A stretch of DNA of 64,000 nt from Cellvibrionaceae bacterium (GCA_050633525.1 JBOEGR010000027.1:21872-85871); one strand, 5' to 3'. Positions 53,003 to 62,318 are shown, numbered from the stretch's first letter. The notes: generated from the letters alone by a model not told the origin. Made by a program: numbers and translations.

Positions 53003-54409
53003 TTAAAGGTTATTTAAAAACTCAATCAAACTTGCTCTTTGACGTGGAGGCATATTGCTAAATGCTTTTTGACTTTTTTCTGCTTCACCGCCATGCCATA
53101 AAATGGCTTCCTTTATATTTCTAGCACGACCATCATGTAAAAAACCCGCTTCCTTGCTGACTGCATTGGTAAGACCTATACCCCATAGCGGTGGCGTTCG
53201 CCACTCGCGACCATTGGCTAAAAATTCCGGTCGATTATCGGCAAGCCCTTCGCCCATATCATGTAGCAATAAATCGGTATAAGGTGTAATCGTTTGATTA
53301 GCGAGCCAAGAGAAAGCATAATTTTTTGATGTACGCCATTGGGCCTGATGGCAATCGACACACCCTATTTTGCTAAATAACTGCTGGCCTACTTTTACAG
53401 AATCACTCCTGTGGTTTCTACGCGCCGGTACAGCCAAATTGCTTGCGTAAAACGTCACAAGATTTAATATTTTATCACTGAGTTCTGGTTGCCCCCCATC
53501 AGGAGCATTAAGACAAGCTGTTTGCTTTTGGCTGCAATGATCCTGAGTAAAAACCGATGAGGTAATTCCCAAATCGCCATTAAATGCGGCCGCATTTTGC
53601 TGCCTTACAGTTGGCTGACCCGCTTTCCAACCAAAACGTCCGAGTGTTAAGGCTTGTGCCTCTGTATCCCATACCAAATTAGCTTTTCCAGAAATGCCGT
53701 CACCATCTTTATCATCAGGATCGGCCAAGGCTAAAATATCATTTTGCTCAATAGCCTCCAATAAACCTAAACCAATCATAGGCGAGGCAATACGTGCTGA
53801 CATTTGCGCTTTAGGGTGCAAAGGTCCATAAGCCAAATCACGAATAGAGAGTATGGGCTTACGCAGCATAACGATCTCTCCTCCTGCTAATTCTTTCTTT
53901 ATCGGGCTGTACTCAATATGAATCCGCCCTTCTGGCAGCATACCCGGAACAGCAAAATCTTGTAATTGGCCACCGTAAGTTGGCTCAGCCAAGGCTTCCT
54001 GATCAGCCGCCTTTAACATTGAGTCACTTTCAGGAATGCTTAGACGGACCAATAACGAAACCGCACTGTCTTCAGCATGGGTAGGCGCATGCCCACGACC
54101 ATCTTTAATATGACAGTTTTGGCAACCGTTTGTATTAAACAAAGGCCCTAAACCATCGCGAGCATCTGTTGACGCAGGAGCAATAACCCAAGGGTTACGA
54201 AAAAAGCTATTGCCTACATTAAAATCTAATTTTTGCATCAACGGCATATTCGCTGAAGGCAAAGAGAATGCATTGCGCCCAGTAGCAAAAACTGTCGCTC
54301 CTCCTCCAGATAGGGGTGTTGATATCAAAAGCTTATTATTAGTCTCAGCAGTGGCAAGCACAGTGATGGTAAAAAGAAAAATAAAACAAAAAAAACGATT
54401 AAATAACAT
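53003..54409 (-). CDS. DUF1111 di-heme oxidoreductase (cytochrome c peroxidase-like)
   Basis: Signal peptide, two CxxCH motifs (CQNCH, CVDCH), conserved RTPPLWGIG and FLHDGRA. Confidence 0.85.
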   Translation of the reverse strand: MLFNRFFCFIFLFTITVLATAETNNKLLISTPLSGGGATVFATGRNAFSLPSANMPLMQKLDFNVGNSFFRNPWVIAPASTDARDGLGPLFNTNGCQNCHIKDGRGHAPTHAEDSAVSLLVRLSIPESDSMLKAADQEALAEPTYGGQLQDFAVPGMLPEGRIHIEYSPIKKELAGGEIVMLRKPILSIRDLAYGPLHPKAQMSARIASPMIGLGLLEAIEQNDILALADPDDKDGDGISGKANLVWDTEAQALTLGRFGWKAGQPTVRQQNAAAFNGDLGITSSVFTQDHCSQKQTACLNAPDGGQPELSDKILNLVTFYASNLAVPARRNHRSDSVKVGQQLFSKIGCVDCHQAQWRTSKNYAFSWLANQTITPYTDLLLHDMGEGLADNRPEFLANGREWRTPPLWGIGLTNAVSKEAGFLHDGRARNIKEAILWHGGEAEKSQKAFSNMPPRQRASLIEFLNNL

Positions 54410-54469
54410 TTATTACTTCTTGTCAGTCAATATTTGATGGAGTGGGATGAACATAAATAAAAACTTTAT

Positions 54470-54575
54470 AGAGCCTCTACATAAGCCATGAGCAATTTTT
54501 CACTCATAGCTTATTTATGTAGAAGCTCTCTATATAAAACGCATAAAAGCCCGTATGACAAATGCCACACGAGCT
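54470..54575 (-). terminator. Two strong hairpins followed by U-rich tracts in the imelysin-DUF1111 spacer (attenuator/partial terminator)
   Basis: 54470-54529 forms an imperfect ~23-bp stem and 54548-54575 a 7-bp stem. All mismatches are C.A on the plus strand but G.U on the transcribed minus strand. A U-rich sequence follows each hairpin on the minus strand. Confidence 0.45.
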
Positions 54576-54671
54576 TATTACCGTAAAGTCTCTTCGCATT
54601 CTTTCAATACTACAAAGGTACTAACGTTTTTTTCTCAATATTTTGTACTACAAATTTTGCTCTAGGCAACC

Positions 54672-55949
54672 TTAAAACGTATGATCAGCTGTGTCTGGAT
54701 TTAAATTTGTAATACCAATACTAGCAGCAGCAGTCTCGATTAAGCCCGTCTGCTCAACCAATGAACCAATCGCATCACGTACAATTTTTTCACCTGCTTT
54801 ATTGCCAGAAGCGATCATTTGATCAAATTTAATTGGGTTATTTTTGCTTTCAGCGGTATCAACCATCAGCTGCAATTTGCTTTCTGTTGTCGCTAGTTGT
54901 GCCTGTAATTTTTTATCTGCAGCGGCATCTTTTTTAGCAACTAGGTCAGATATACTTGGGCCGGCAAGAGTAGAACCATCCACTCGCTTATACTCACCTA
55001 AGTAAATATTACGTACGCCTTTGGCATTATAAAAGTGTGAATAATGCGTATTATCACTAAAGCAGTCATGCTCATCTTCTGGGGAATTAGCCTCTAAAGC
55101 CACTTTCATACGCTCACCCGCTAGCTCGCCTAGAGACAAACTACCCATACCATAAAGCATACGCGTTAAGGCCTCATCTGACTTTAGAGCCAAAAAGGTA
55201 GAACGATAGTTTTTCGCATCATTGGGAGCCCACTGAGCCACCATATCTTCCAAGTCAGCAATCAATAAATCCATTGCTGCCTGTAAATATTCTGCGCGGC
55301 GCTCACAATTCCCATTAGTACACCCTTTACCCTGAACAAAGTCAGTATATGGACGTTTGCCTGCACCGGCAGCTGTTCCATTTAAGTCCTGCCCCCAAAG
55401 TAAGAACTCAACGGCATGATAACCTGTTGCGACATTGGCTTCAGAACCCGCCAACTCATTAAGAGACGCCAATAATTCAGGAGTAATCTTAGCTAAGTCC
55501 AAAGTTTCACTACCTACTGTTAGCTTTTTATTCGCAACAATATTGGCCGTTGAGCCTGCATTACCTAGCTCATGCTCATAATCTGTTGCAACATAATCGA
55601 TCAAGCCTTCATCTAAAGGCCAAGCATTTAACTGCCCTTCCCAGTCGTCCACGTTAGCATTACCAAAACGGAATACTTCTGACTGCTGATATGGAACGCG
55701 CGCAGCTTTCCAAGCGACTTTAGCTGCGTTAAGGTTTTTTTCGTTGGGGGATTTAACAAGAGCATCAATTTTTTCATCTAAATCTTTGGCGGTCGTTAAA
55801 GCATCTTCAAATACGGCATGCGCAATATCGGTGTAGTGCTTAGCAACACTATTTTCTGTACTTTTTACTGCTGCTAGCGCCGCAGTTGAGTATGAGACAT
55901 AAAGACCCACAATCACGGACAGAATCATGACATGAAGTTGTGATTTCAT
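54672..55949 (-). CDS. Imelysin (peptidase M75 / IrpA-like) periplasmic protein
   Basis: Signal peptide; GYHAVEFLLWGQD with the HxxE motif; second conserved region EDEHDCFSDNT. Start set at the ATG at 55949 (MKSQLHV...), which has RBS aggaaa; the track ORF starts 42 nt upstream. Confidence 0.85.
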   Translation of the reverse strand: MKSQLHVMILSVIVGLYVSYSTAALAAVKSTENSVAKHYTDIAHAVFEDALTTAKDLDEKIDALVKSPNEKNLNAAKVAWKAARVPYQQSEVFRFGNANVDDWEGQLNAWPLDEGLIDYVATDYEHELGNAGSTANIVANKKLTVGSETLDLAKITPELLASLNELAGSEANVATGYHAVEFLLWGQDLNGTAAGAGKRPYTDFVQGKGCTNGNCERRAEYLQAAMDLLIADLEDMVAQWAPNDAKNYRSTFLALKSDEALTRMLYGMGSLSLGELAGERMKVALEANSPEDEHDCFSDNTHYSHFYNAKGVRNIYLGEYKRVDGSTLAGPSISDLVAKKDAAADKKLQAQLATTESKLQLMVDTAESKNNPIKFDQMIASGNKAGEKIVRDAIGSLVEQTGLIETAAASIGITNLNPDTADHTF

Positions 55950-56175
55950 TTTATTTCCTGTTTGTATTCGTTGTTTAAAAGTTGACTGCAAGCTAAATCA
56001 CTGAGCCAATAATAAGGGTATAGCGACCAGAACATGGGGGGCATCCACGACTGATTTATATGAGATGCACCTCACACATGCTATGAGCTAAAGACAACAA
56101 TGCTTGCCCTTGCAAATAGAAATGCGATTCAAACACAAATGGGAATAGTTATCAATAGTGTTTGACTAATCAAAT

Positions 56176-56194
56176 GATAATGATTATCATTTTT
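56176..56194. promoter_or_regulatory. Fur box overlapping the hmuT promoter, in the divergent region shared with the imelysin operon
   Basis: GATAATGATTATCATTTTT matches the consensus at 15/19. It overlaps a candidate promoter: TTGACT 56162-56167, 17 bp, TATCAT 56185-56190. Confidence 0.85.
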
Positions 56195-56237
56195 ATGATA
56201 AGCACCATCCCTTGCACACCCCAGAGATTTGCCTTCG

Positions 56238-57143
56238 ATGAAAAATATTTTATTTATTGTTACTTTTTTCTCTTTTTGCCTAACAAGCACATACAGCCAT
56301 ACCGAAAACTACCAACGCGTTGCGATCGCAGGTGGGTCAATAACAGAAATTTTTTATCGCCTAGGTGAGGAGCAACGTATAGTCGGTGTCGACTCAACAA
56401 GCCAATTTCCAGAGCCTGCAAAGGATCACCCTACTATCGGTTATGTGCGCAACGTGTCAGTAGAAGGTGTTTTATCCTTAGAACCTGACTTACTCATTGG
56501 CGAGCTAGATACTGGGCCGCCCAAGATGCTGAATCAAATAAAAGCAACGGGGGTGAATACTGTGATCATTGAAGATGATGACACTATTCCCGCTATTAAA
56601 GAAAAAATTACACTCATCGCATCACTCTTAGGGATAGAGGAAAAAGGCATACAATTAATCAAAGAAATCCAATTGGATCTTGATGCTTTAGCATTTGCCA
56701 AGCAGCAACTCACCTCTTCGCCCCGCGTATTATTTTTATTGAGCCTAAGTAACGGCGCCCCCATTGCCTCCGGGCACACCACATCAGCCCACACTGCCAT
56801 CATAGAAGCAGGCGGAACCAATGTTCTAGAGAAACACAAGGGCTGGAAAAAACTATCTCCCGAATCTGCGCTCGCACTAAAGCCTGATGTCATTATCGTC
56901 ATGAATAGAGGGGAAGATGTGCTACAACAAGTTGAGCAATTAGCTCACTTTAAATATACCCCTGCCGTTAAGAATAAAGCAGTCTACACCATCGATGGCG
57001 GTTATTTATTAGGCTTTGGCCCACGCACTCCTCAGGCAATTGTTGAATTAGGCTCCATGATTCATCAAAACTTTATGTTACCCAAAGAATACCACTTTCG
57101 TTATCCACGAAAACAGTTCCAACAAGCTACAGCGGGACACTAG
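56238..57143 (+). CDS. hmuT: Hemin ABC transporter periplasmic binding protein
   Basis: Signal peptide MKNILFIVTFFSFCLTS. Class III SBP pattern (RVAIAGGSITEIFYRLG, PDVIIVM). Followed by FecCD permease and ATPase genes. Start taken as the ATG at 56238. Confidence 0.85.
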   Translation: MKNILFIVTFFSFCLTSTYSHTENYQRVAIAGGSITEIFYRLGEEQRIVGVDSTSQFPEPAKDHPTIGYVRNVSVEGVLSLEPDLLIGELDTGPPKMLNQIKATGVNTVIIEDDDTIPAIKEKITLIASLLGIEEKGIQLIKEIQLDLDALAFAKQQLTSSPRVLFLLSLSNGAPIASGHTTSAHTAIIEAGGTNVLEKHKGWKKLSPESALALKPDVIIVMNRGEDVLQQVEQLAHFKYTPAVKNKAVYTIDGGYLLGFGPRTPQAIVELGSMIHQNFMLPKEYHFRYPRKQFQQATAGH

Positions 57144-57146
57144 AAC

Positions 57147-58205
57147 GTGTTTGAAGCATCTCTTGCTCATAACAATGGCGGCAAACTCAAACGTATTGCC
57201 ATTCCTGCTGGACTGATAGCCTTAGCCTTTACCGCGCTATTGGCATTAATGGCAGGAGCCGTACCGATATCTATTCCAGAGGTACTGCTATCTGCTTTAT
57301 CTGATGATGCCAATAACACTCACTTTACAACAGCAGTCTTGCTAGATATTCGACTCCCACGCGTCATCCTTTCTATTGCAGTTGGGGCTGCACTGGGGAT
57401 ATGCGGCGCCGCCATGCAGGCCTTATTCAGAAACCCTCTTGCCGACCCAGGCTTAATTGGAGTAGCGGGCGGTGGTGCATTGGGTGCAGTTATTGTCATT
57501 GTTTTGGGCAATGCATGGATGAGCGGCTTTACTCAAAGTGTCGGCTTATACGCTTTACCTATTGGCGCAATGCTCGGCTGCTTAGGGGTTTGCGCCATCA
57601 TATACAAACTCAGCAATAGGCAAGGCCAATTTACGATTATTACTTTGTTGCTGGCAGGCATTGCAGTAAACGCAATTGTTGGTTCACTGATTGGCATGCT
57701 GACATTGATTAGTGATGATAGTGAATTACGCGAACTCACATTTTGGACCATGGGTAATCTAGGAGGCAATCACTGGGCACTGACACTACCCGTTTTATTC
57801 TGCATATTATTCAGCCTAGTAGGTTTAAGCCGCCTAGCAAAACCCTTGAACCTTTATCTATTAGGTGAGGCACAAGCACAACACTTGGGCATTGCTGTTT
57901 CTAGCCTTAAAAAACAGGTCTTTTTCTTTACTGCGCTAGCCGTCGGTGCAGCCGTTTCCATTAGCGGTATGATCGGGTTTATCGGCTTTGTTGTGCCACA
58001 TTTAGTCAGAATTATCATCGGGCCAGATCATCGCTTTTTATTTCCAATGAGCATGCTATTAGGCGCCAGTTTATTAACACTGGCAGACATTATCGCTCGC
58101 ATCGCTATTATCCCTGCAGAGTTGCCCATCGGCTTAGTTACCAGCGCACTGGGTGGCCCATTTTTTTTGATTGTATTGTACAAGCAAACGAATCGCGTTT
58201 ATTAA
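57147..58205 (+). CDS. hmuU: Hemin/iron-complex ABC transporter permease (FecCD family)
   Basis: About 9 TM helices, with DIRLPRV, NPLADPGLIGV and TSALGGPFFL motifs. Confidence 0.9.
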   Translation: MFEASLAHNNGGKLKRIAIPAGLIALAFTALLALMAGAVPISIPEVLLSALSDDANNTHFTTAVLLDIRLPRVILSIAVGAALGICGAAMQALFRNPLADPGLIGVAGGGALGAVIVIVLGNAWMSGFTQSVGLYALPIGAMLGCLGVCAIIYKLSNRQGQFTIITLLLAGIAVNAIVGSLIGMLTLISDDSELRELTFWTMGNLGGNHWALTLPVLFCILFSLVGLSRLAKPLNLYLLGEAQAQHLGIAVSSLKKQVFFFTALAVGAAVSISGMIGFIGFVVPHLVRIIIGPDHRFLFPMSMLLGASLLTLADIIARIAIIPAELPIGLVTSALGGPFFLIVLYKQTNRVY

Positions 58206-58273
58206 GCAAGCTCTGAGCAAACTACTTTCTCCAAAAGAAACCCAAACTGTTACACATATATTAAGAGGACCTC

Positions 58274-59068
58274 ATGTCAATTGAACTCAATGATGTATCG
58301 ATATCGATTAACGAAAAACAACTATTAGACAATATCCATTTAAACATTCATCCTAATAAACTCACATTATTGATTGGCCCCAATGGCGCAGGTAAATCTA
58401 CTCTCTTAAAAGCATGCTCTGGCGATATTAAATCCTCTTCTGGTTCAATATGTATTAATCAAAAAGCACTGAGCAGTCTATCTGCGAGACAATTAGCGGA
58501 AGCGCGGGCCGTTATGACACAGTCTTATGAGATGGGCTTTGGCTTTAGCGTGCAAGAAGTCGTTAGCATGGGCTGTTTCTTATACGAAGAAACACTATGC
58601 CGACAGAAGCTAAAAGAGATTGTGAATGAGGTGATGGCATTTATGAAGATCGAGGCTCTAGCATCAAGAAACTTTATGACCTTATCAGGCGGAGAGCAAC
58701 AACGCACGCAATTCGCAAGAGTGCTAGCCCAACTATGGTACCCTCGAGAACAAGCAGAACCCCGCTACCTACTACTTGATGAACCCACTTCTAGTCTAGA
58801 TATTTTTCATCAATATCAAGTTCTGTCGCTTGCGAAACAGCTCACAAGGCAGAACATCGGTGTATTAGCTGTAGTACACGATTTATCGCTTGCGGCCTGC
58901 TTCGCAGACCATCTGGCCTTGCTGGATAATGGCAAAATAATTGCTGAAGGAACACCTCAAGAAGTGTTACAGCGACATTACTTGTCTCAAGTTTACGGTA
59001 TCAATGCCTACTACTTTCGGCATACGCCTGATGTAGAACCCTCTGTTTTACTAGAAAAACAAGCCTAG
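58274..59068 (+). CDS. hmuV: Heme ABC transporter ATP-binding protein
   Basis: Walker A GPNGAGKST, signature LSGGEQQR, Walker B LLLDEPTSSLD. Confidence 0.9.
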   Translation: MSIELNDVSISINEKQLLDNIHLNIHPNKLTLLIGPNGAGKSTLLKACSGDIKSSSGSICINQKALSSLSARQLAEARAVMTQSYEMGFGFSVQEVVSMGCFLYEETLCRQKLKEIVNEVMAFMKIEALASRNFMTLSGGEQQRTQFARVLAQLWYPREQAEPRYLLLDEPTSSLDIFHQYQVLSLAKQLTRQNIGVLAVVHDLSLAACFADHLALLDNGKIIAEGTPQEVLQRHYLSQVYGINAYYFRHTPDVEPSVLLEKQA

Positions 59069-59136
59069 AAGAAAATCATGCACGGCCTGATTGCGAAAAA
59101 GAGTAAATTTCGACCAAGCCATTGTTGACAATGATT

Positions 59137-59155
59137 ATCATTACCACTACTATTA
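59137..59155. promoter_or_regulatory. Fur box within the bfd promoter
   Basis: GACAATGATTATCATTACC matches the consensus at 16/19. It lies between TTGACA (59135-59140) and TACTAT (59158-59163), which have a 17-bp spacer. Confidence 0.82.
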
Positions 59156-59189
59156 ACAACACCATCACTGAGATTTAGAAGACTTTTCC

Positions 59190-59420
59190 ATGTTCGTTTG
59201 CCTCTGCAAAGGTGTCACTGACACACAAATCAAAGAATCCATTTATCAAGGCGCTCAATCCCTGAAAGACGTTCGTAAACAACTAGGGGTAGCGACACAG
59301 TGCTGTAAATGCTTACCCGTGGCAAGATCTATTGTCGATGAAACACTAGAGAATATGTCTTCTTTTCAATTAGAAACTAATAAGCTAGAAACAGAAACAC
59401 CGCTTTTTTACTCGGCTTAA
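59190..59420 (+). CDS. bfd: Bacterioferritin-associated ferredoxin
   Basis: MFVCLCKGVTD...QCCKCL: four-Cys BFD-like [2Fe-2S] motif. Located upstream of bfr. Confidence 0.9.
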   Translation: MFVCLCKGVTDTQIKESIYQGAQSLKDVRKQLGVATQCCKCLPVARSIVDETLENMSSFQLETNKLETETPLFYSA

Positions 59421-59750
59421 TCAAAGCAAAGCGCTTTTAGTGGTTAAAATTTTGGCGCCTAATCAATCATTTTCTTACAGCATTTTTTCATCAAGTATTT
59501 TTTGATAGTTCATAGGCATCTTCTCGAATGCCATCACCCTGCCCTTATCTGCTCCATACTATTTATTAGCCATCGTTGTTATATTAATAAATAGTAAAGA
59601 ACGTTGATGTTTTCATAGTTAATGCCTCTACAAACAATAAGCTAAAACGCAATCATTCTCACTCCTTAGCCATTTAAAATTTAATTAGTCATTGTTATAA
59701 AATTTTGCGTATAATCGTTTAAAACACGACTCATACGCGGAGAGAAGCAA

Positions 59751-60227
59751 ATGAAAGGTGACCCTAAAGTCATTGAGTTTTTAAACAAAGCACTTGGTAA
59801 TGAACTCGTTGCCATTAACCAGTATTTTCTACATGCAAAGATGTATAAAGATTGGGGCCTAAATGCTTTAGGTGACTACGAATACCATGAATCTATTGAT
59901 GAAATGAAGCATGCGGATAAGTTAACTGAGCGCATTTTATTTTTAGAAGGTCTACCTAACTTACAAGACCTTGGAAGATTGTTTATCGGTGAAAACACCA
60001 AAGAAATGCTTGAGTGTGATTTAAAATTAGAACACCAAGCCATCCCCCTACTAAGAGAAGCTGTTGCCTACTGCGAATCGGTAAAAGACTTTGTTAGCCG
60101 AGATTTGTTTAGCGATATTCTCGATAATGAAGAAGAGCATGTTGATTGGTTAGAAACTCAACTAAGCCTAATAGAAAAAGTAGGCATAGAAAATTATTTA
60201 CAATCACAGATGGGAAGTACTGATTAA
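59751..60227 (+). CDS. bfr: Bacterioferritin
   Basis: [31 protein letters not shown]; heme-ligand Met in [12 protein letters not shown]; ferroxidase site EEEHVDWLE. Confidence 0.95.
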   Translation: MKGDPKVIEFLNKALGNELVAINQYFLHAKMYKDWGLNALGDYEYHESIDEMKHADKLTERILFLEGLPNLQDLGRLFIGENTKEMLECDLKLEHQAIPLLREAVAYCESVKDFVSRDLFSDILDNEEEHVDWLETQLSLIEKVGIENYLQSQMGSTD

Positions 60228-60330
60228 TTCTAGCTGCTATTAATTAGTACATATACTAGTACACATTATTAGCGTATATAATTAACAACTAGCATCAATA
60301 AAGAGTGACATCGAATATTCTATTTCTGTG

Positions 60331-60777
60331 TCATTCTTCTTTTAGAATAATCTGTGTATTCTGAATCTGATTTTTTTGCAGTAAGGTAAGTACTTTAACA
60401 AAGCGCTGCACATCAGCCTCTTTATCGGAAGCAATAGCAATAACACTCTCGGGTTTTTCTTTTATATCTGCCAATAAACTTTGCTTAAACGGAGCCCAGT
60501 CTGGATGATATTGTTTATCAATCGACCAGCCATTATTGTCTAGCGAAATGGTTATATTAATGATCTCCTTATCGTGAGAACTAACTACCTCAGCATCATC
60601 AGTCTCAGGAACAGAGACAGGTAATGATAATAAACGAGTGTTTGCTGTTAGTAACAAAAATACAATCACAATAAAAATCATATCAATTAATGGGGTTAAC
60701 TCTAATTGTGATAATGCCTCTTTATTAGCAACACTCTTATTACCAGAAACACCTATACCACCCGTACGTGTAATCAT
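60331..60777 (-). CDS. exbD: ExbD/TolR family biopolymer transport protein
   Basis: LTPLIDMIFIVIVFLL TM segment with the conserved Asp; 4-nt overlap with exbB. Confidence 0.9.
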   Translation of the reverse strand: MITRTGGIGVSGNKSVANKEALSQLELTPLIDMIFIVIVFLLLTANTRLLSLPVSVPETDDAEVVSSHDKEIINITISLDNNGWSIDKQYHPDWAPFKQSLLADIKEKPESVIAIASDKEADVQRFVKVLTLLQKNQIQNTQIILKEE

Positions 60778-61331
60778 AGGCTAATATTTTTTAAACTAAT
60801 ATTATCGATAGACAGATTGATCTGATTCATCATTAATTCAGCCTTATCAATCATCCTGTCAATCCAGAGTGTATATAGATGCTGTATCGCCATAAAAGGT
60901 ATCGCTATCGCTAAACCTGCAGCCGTTGTCGTCATCGCTAAACCTAGACCATCAGCCAAAACACTCACTTCAACAGGGCCCGGCTGCTGACTAATATCAT
61001 TAAACGATTGTATCAAACCAACAACCGTGCCTAACAGACCTAGCAAAGGGGCAACCACCACCAATAAATGTAGTATTCGTAAACCACCAGATAATTTCTT
61101 TTGTTTTTTTTGCAACCAAAGAGAGGCAATTTCAGAGCGAATCAATTTTGGCTCATCATGGTACAATTTTAATAGTGCAAGCCCATCGTTTGTTACTTTA
61201 TTGTTACTCGCATAACGAAATAAAAAAAGAAAGCGCTCAAGCACAATAATACTGCCAACGATAGAACAAAATATCAGAGGTATCTCAAGAAACCCCAAAG
61301 AAGCAGTAAAAGACTCGGTAAATAATGACAT
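60774..61331 (-). CDS. exbB: ExbB/MotA/TolQ family proton channel
   Basis: Three TM segments; LLGLLGTVVGLIQSF and GLGLAMTTTAAGLAIAIP motifs. Confidence 0.88.
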   Translation of the reverse strand: MSLFTESFTASLGFLEIPLIFCSIVGSIIVLERFLFLFRYASNNKVTNDGLALLKLYHDEPKLIRSEIASLWLQKKQKKLSGGLRILHLLVVVAPLLGLLGTVVGLIQSFNDISQQPGPVEVSVLADGLGLAMTTTAAGLAIAIPFMAIQHLYTLWIDRMIDKAELMMNQINLSIDNISLKNISL

Positions 61332-61333
61332 AA

Positions 61334-62218
61334 TTAATTTAATAGGAATTCAATAGGAATACGGATTTTAACGTGGCTTGCTTGGTGATTCTGCTGAATA
61401 TCAGCAAACTTCCACTGAGTCACCGCCTTAATTGCAGCTTTATCTAACAAGGCAACGCCAGAACTTTTGTGCACGGTTAACTCCTGTTGCCGGCCTAACA
61501 CGTCAAGAGAGACATCCAACCACACAGTACCTTGCTGTTTTTTCTTACGCGCAACATTAGGGTAAATAGGTGGGACTGGCGGTGCAGACAAACTCGGTTT
61601 GTAAACGATAAACTTAGTCGATTTTTGTGTTTTAACATGCTTGTTTTTAATATCACTGGTTTTAATATCACTGGTTTTAATATCACTGGTTTTAATATCA
61701 CTGGTTTTAATATCACTGGTTTTAGGGTCACTGGCTTTAAGATCATTTTCTTCAATATCAGCAACCGCAATATCACCGATTTCCGCCTCATTAGGCACAG
61801 TGTATTTTTCTTTACTTTCCTTATTCTCTTTCTCGTTATTCTCCTCACTTTCAACCTCTATTGGTTCAGACACCATTTCAACTTGAGGCAGAGGTTTTTG
61901 TTTTAAAACCGGCTTTGACAACGGCTTCGAAACAGATTTTGGCTTAATCTTTTTTTCGATTTTTCTATCGGAGACTTGTTCAGCTGCTTCATCTCGATTT
62001 AACCTTTTAGGAGGAAAAGAGTGTATTGGCGCCGACGAAGAGAAAGACAATGACAGACTGTTGCTCATACTAGCCGATGAAGAGTGAGAGTGACTTTGCC
62101 ACTGCCAATGCATGGGGTTAAAAAAAAGTAGCCATAGATGAATACCAACCACTACAAGCAGGCTTCCCACCCGGATAATCCATTCCAGCCGATTGTTATA
62201 GGTCAATTGGTTCATCAT
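61334..62218 (-). CDS. tonB: TonB energy transducer with a repeat-containing linker
   Basis: N-terminal TM segment containing His (VVVGIHLWLLFF). Lys/Pro/Glu-rich linker. C-terminal domain YPNVARKKKQQGTVWLDVSLD...SSGVALLDKAAIKAVTQWKF. Located immediately upstream of exbBD. Confidence 0.85.
   Translation of the reverse strand: MMNQLTYNNRLEWIIRVGSLLVVVGIHLWLLFFNPMHWQWQSHSHSSSASMSNSLSLSFSSSAPIHSFPPKRLNRDEAAEQVSDRKIEKKIKPKSVSKPLSKPVLKQKPLPQVEMVSEPIEVESEENNEKENKESKEKYTVPNEAEIGDIAVADIEENDLKASDPKTSDIKTSDIKTSDIKTSDIKTSDIKNKHVKTQKSTKFIVYKPSLSAPPVPPIYPNVARKKKQQGTVWLDVSLDVLGRQQELTVHKSSGVALLDKAAIKAVTQWKFADIQQNHQASHVKIRIPIEFLLN
61651..61740. repeat. 15-bp in-frame tandem repeat inside tonB (encodes SDIKT units)
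   Basis: tatcactggttttaa occurs 4 times identically (61651-61710), then one copy with 1 mismatch and one with 3 mismatches. More degenerate copies flank the array (61636-61650, 61741-61770). Confidence 0.95.
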
Positions 62219-62240
62219 CTATGGCTACAGTCCAGTAAAA

Positions 62241-62264
62241 CAATACTATTTATAAATAGTATTG
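62241..62264. promoter_or_regulatory. Perfect 24-bp AT-rich palindrome between hmuS and tonB (candidate operator)
   Basis: caatactattta|taaatagtattg, verified base by base as self-complementary. The function is inferred only. Confidence 0.35.
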
Positions 62265-62318
62265 CCTTGTTAATTTTTTATCGTAAATTTTTTCCTTGTA
62301 AACTATTACTTTATAAAA

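Noticed and set aside
59639-59660. Fur-like sequence (ctaaaacgcaatcattctc) upstream of bfr.
   Set aside because: Only about 11/19 matches, all in one half-site. Bacterioferritin genes are usually not directly Fur-repressed.
61651-61740. Possible CRISPR-like array because of regularly spaced identical repeats.
   Set aside because: The units are contiguous with no spacers, only 15 bp long, and inside a coding frame. This is a coding tandem repeat.
61495-61906. Three overlapping ORFs (61495-61854 minus; 61532-61906 and 61641-61886 plus) with striking repetitive peptides (VILKP..., ITGFN..., LVLIS...).
   Set aside because: They are artefacts of the 15-bp tandem repeat, which stays open in several frames. 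The tonB frame is the only one with a TM anchor, a C-terminal TonB domain and operon context.
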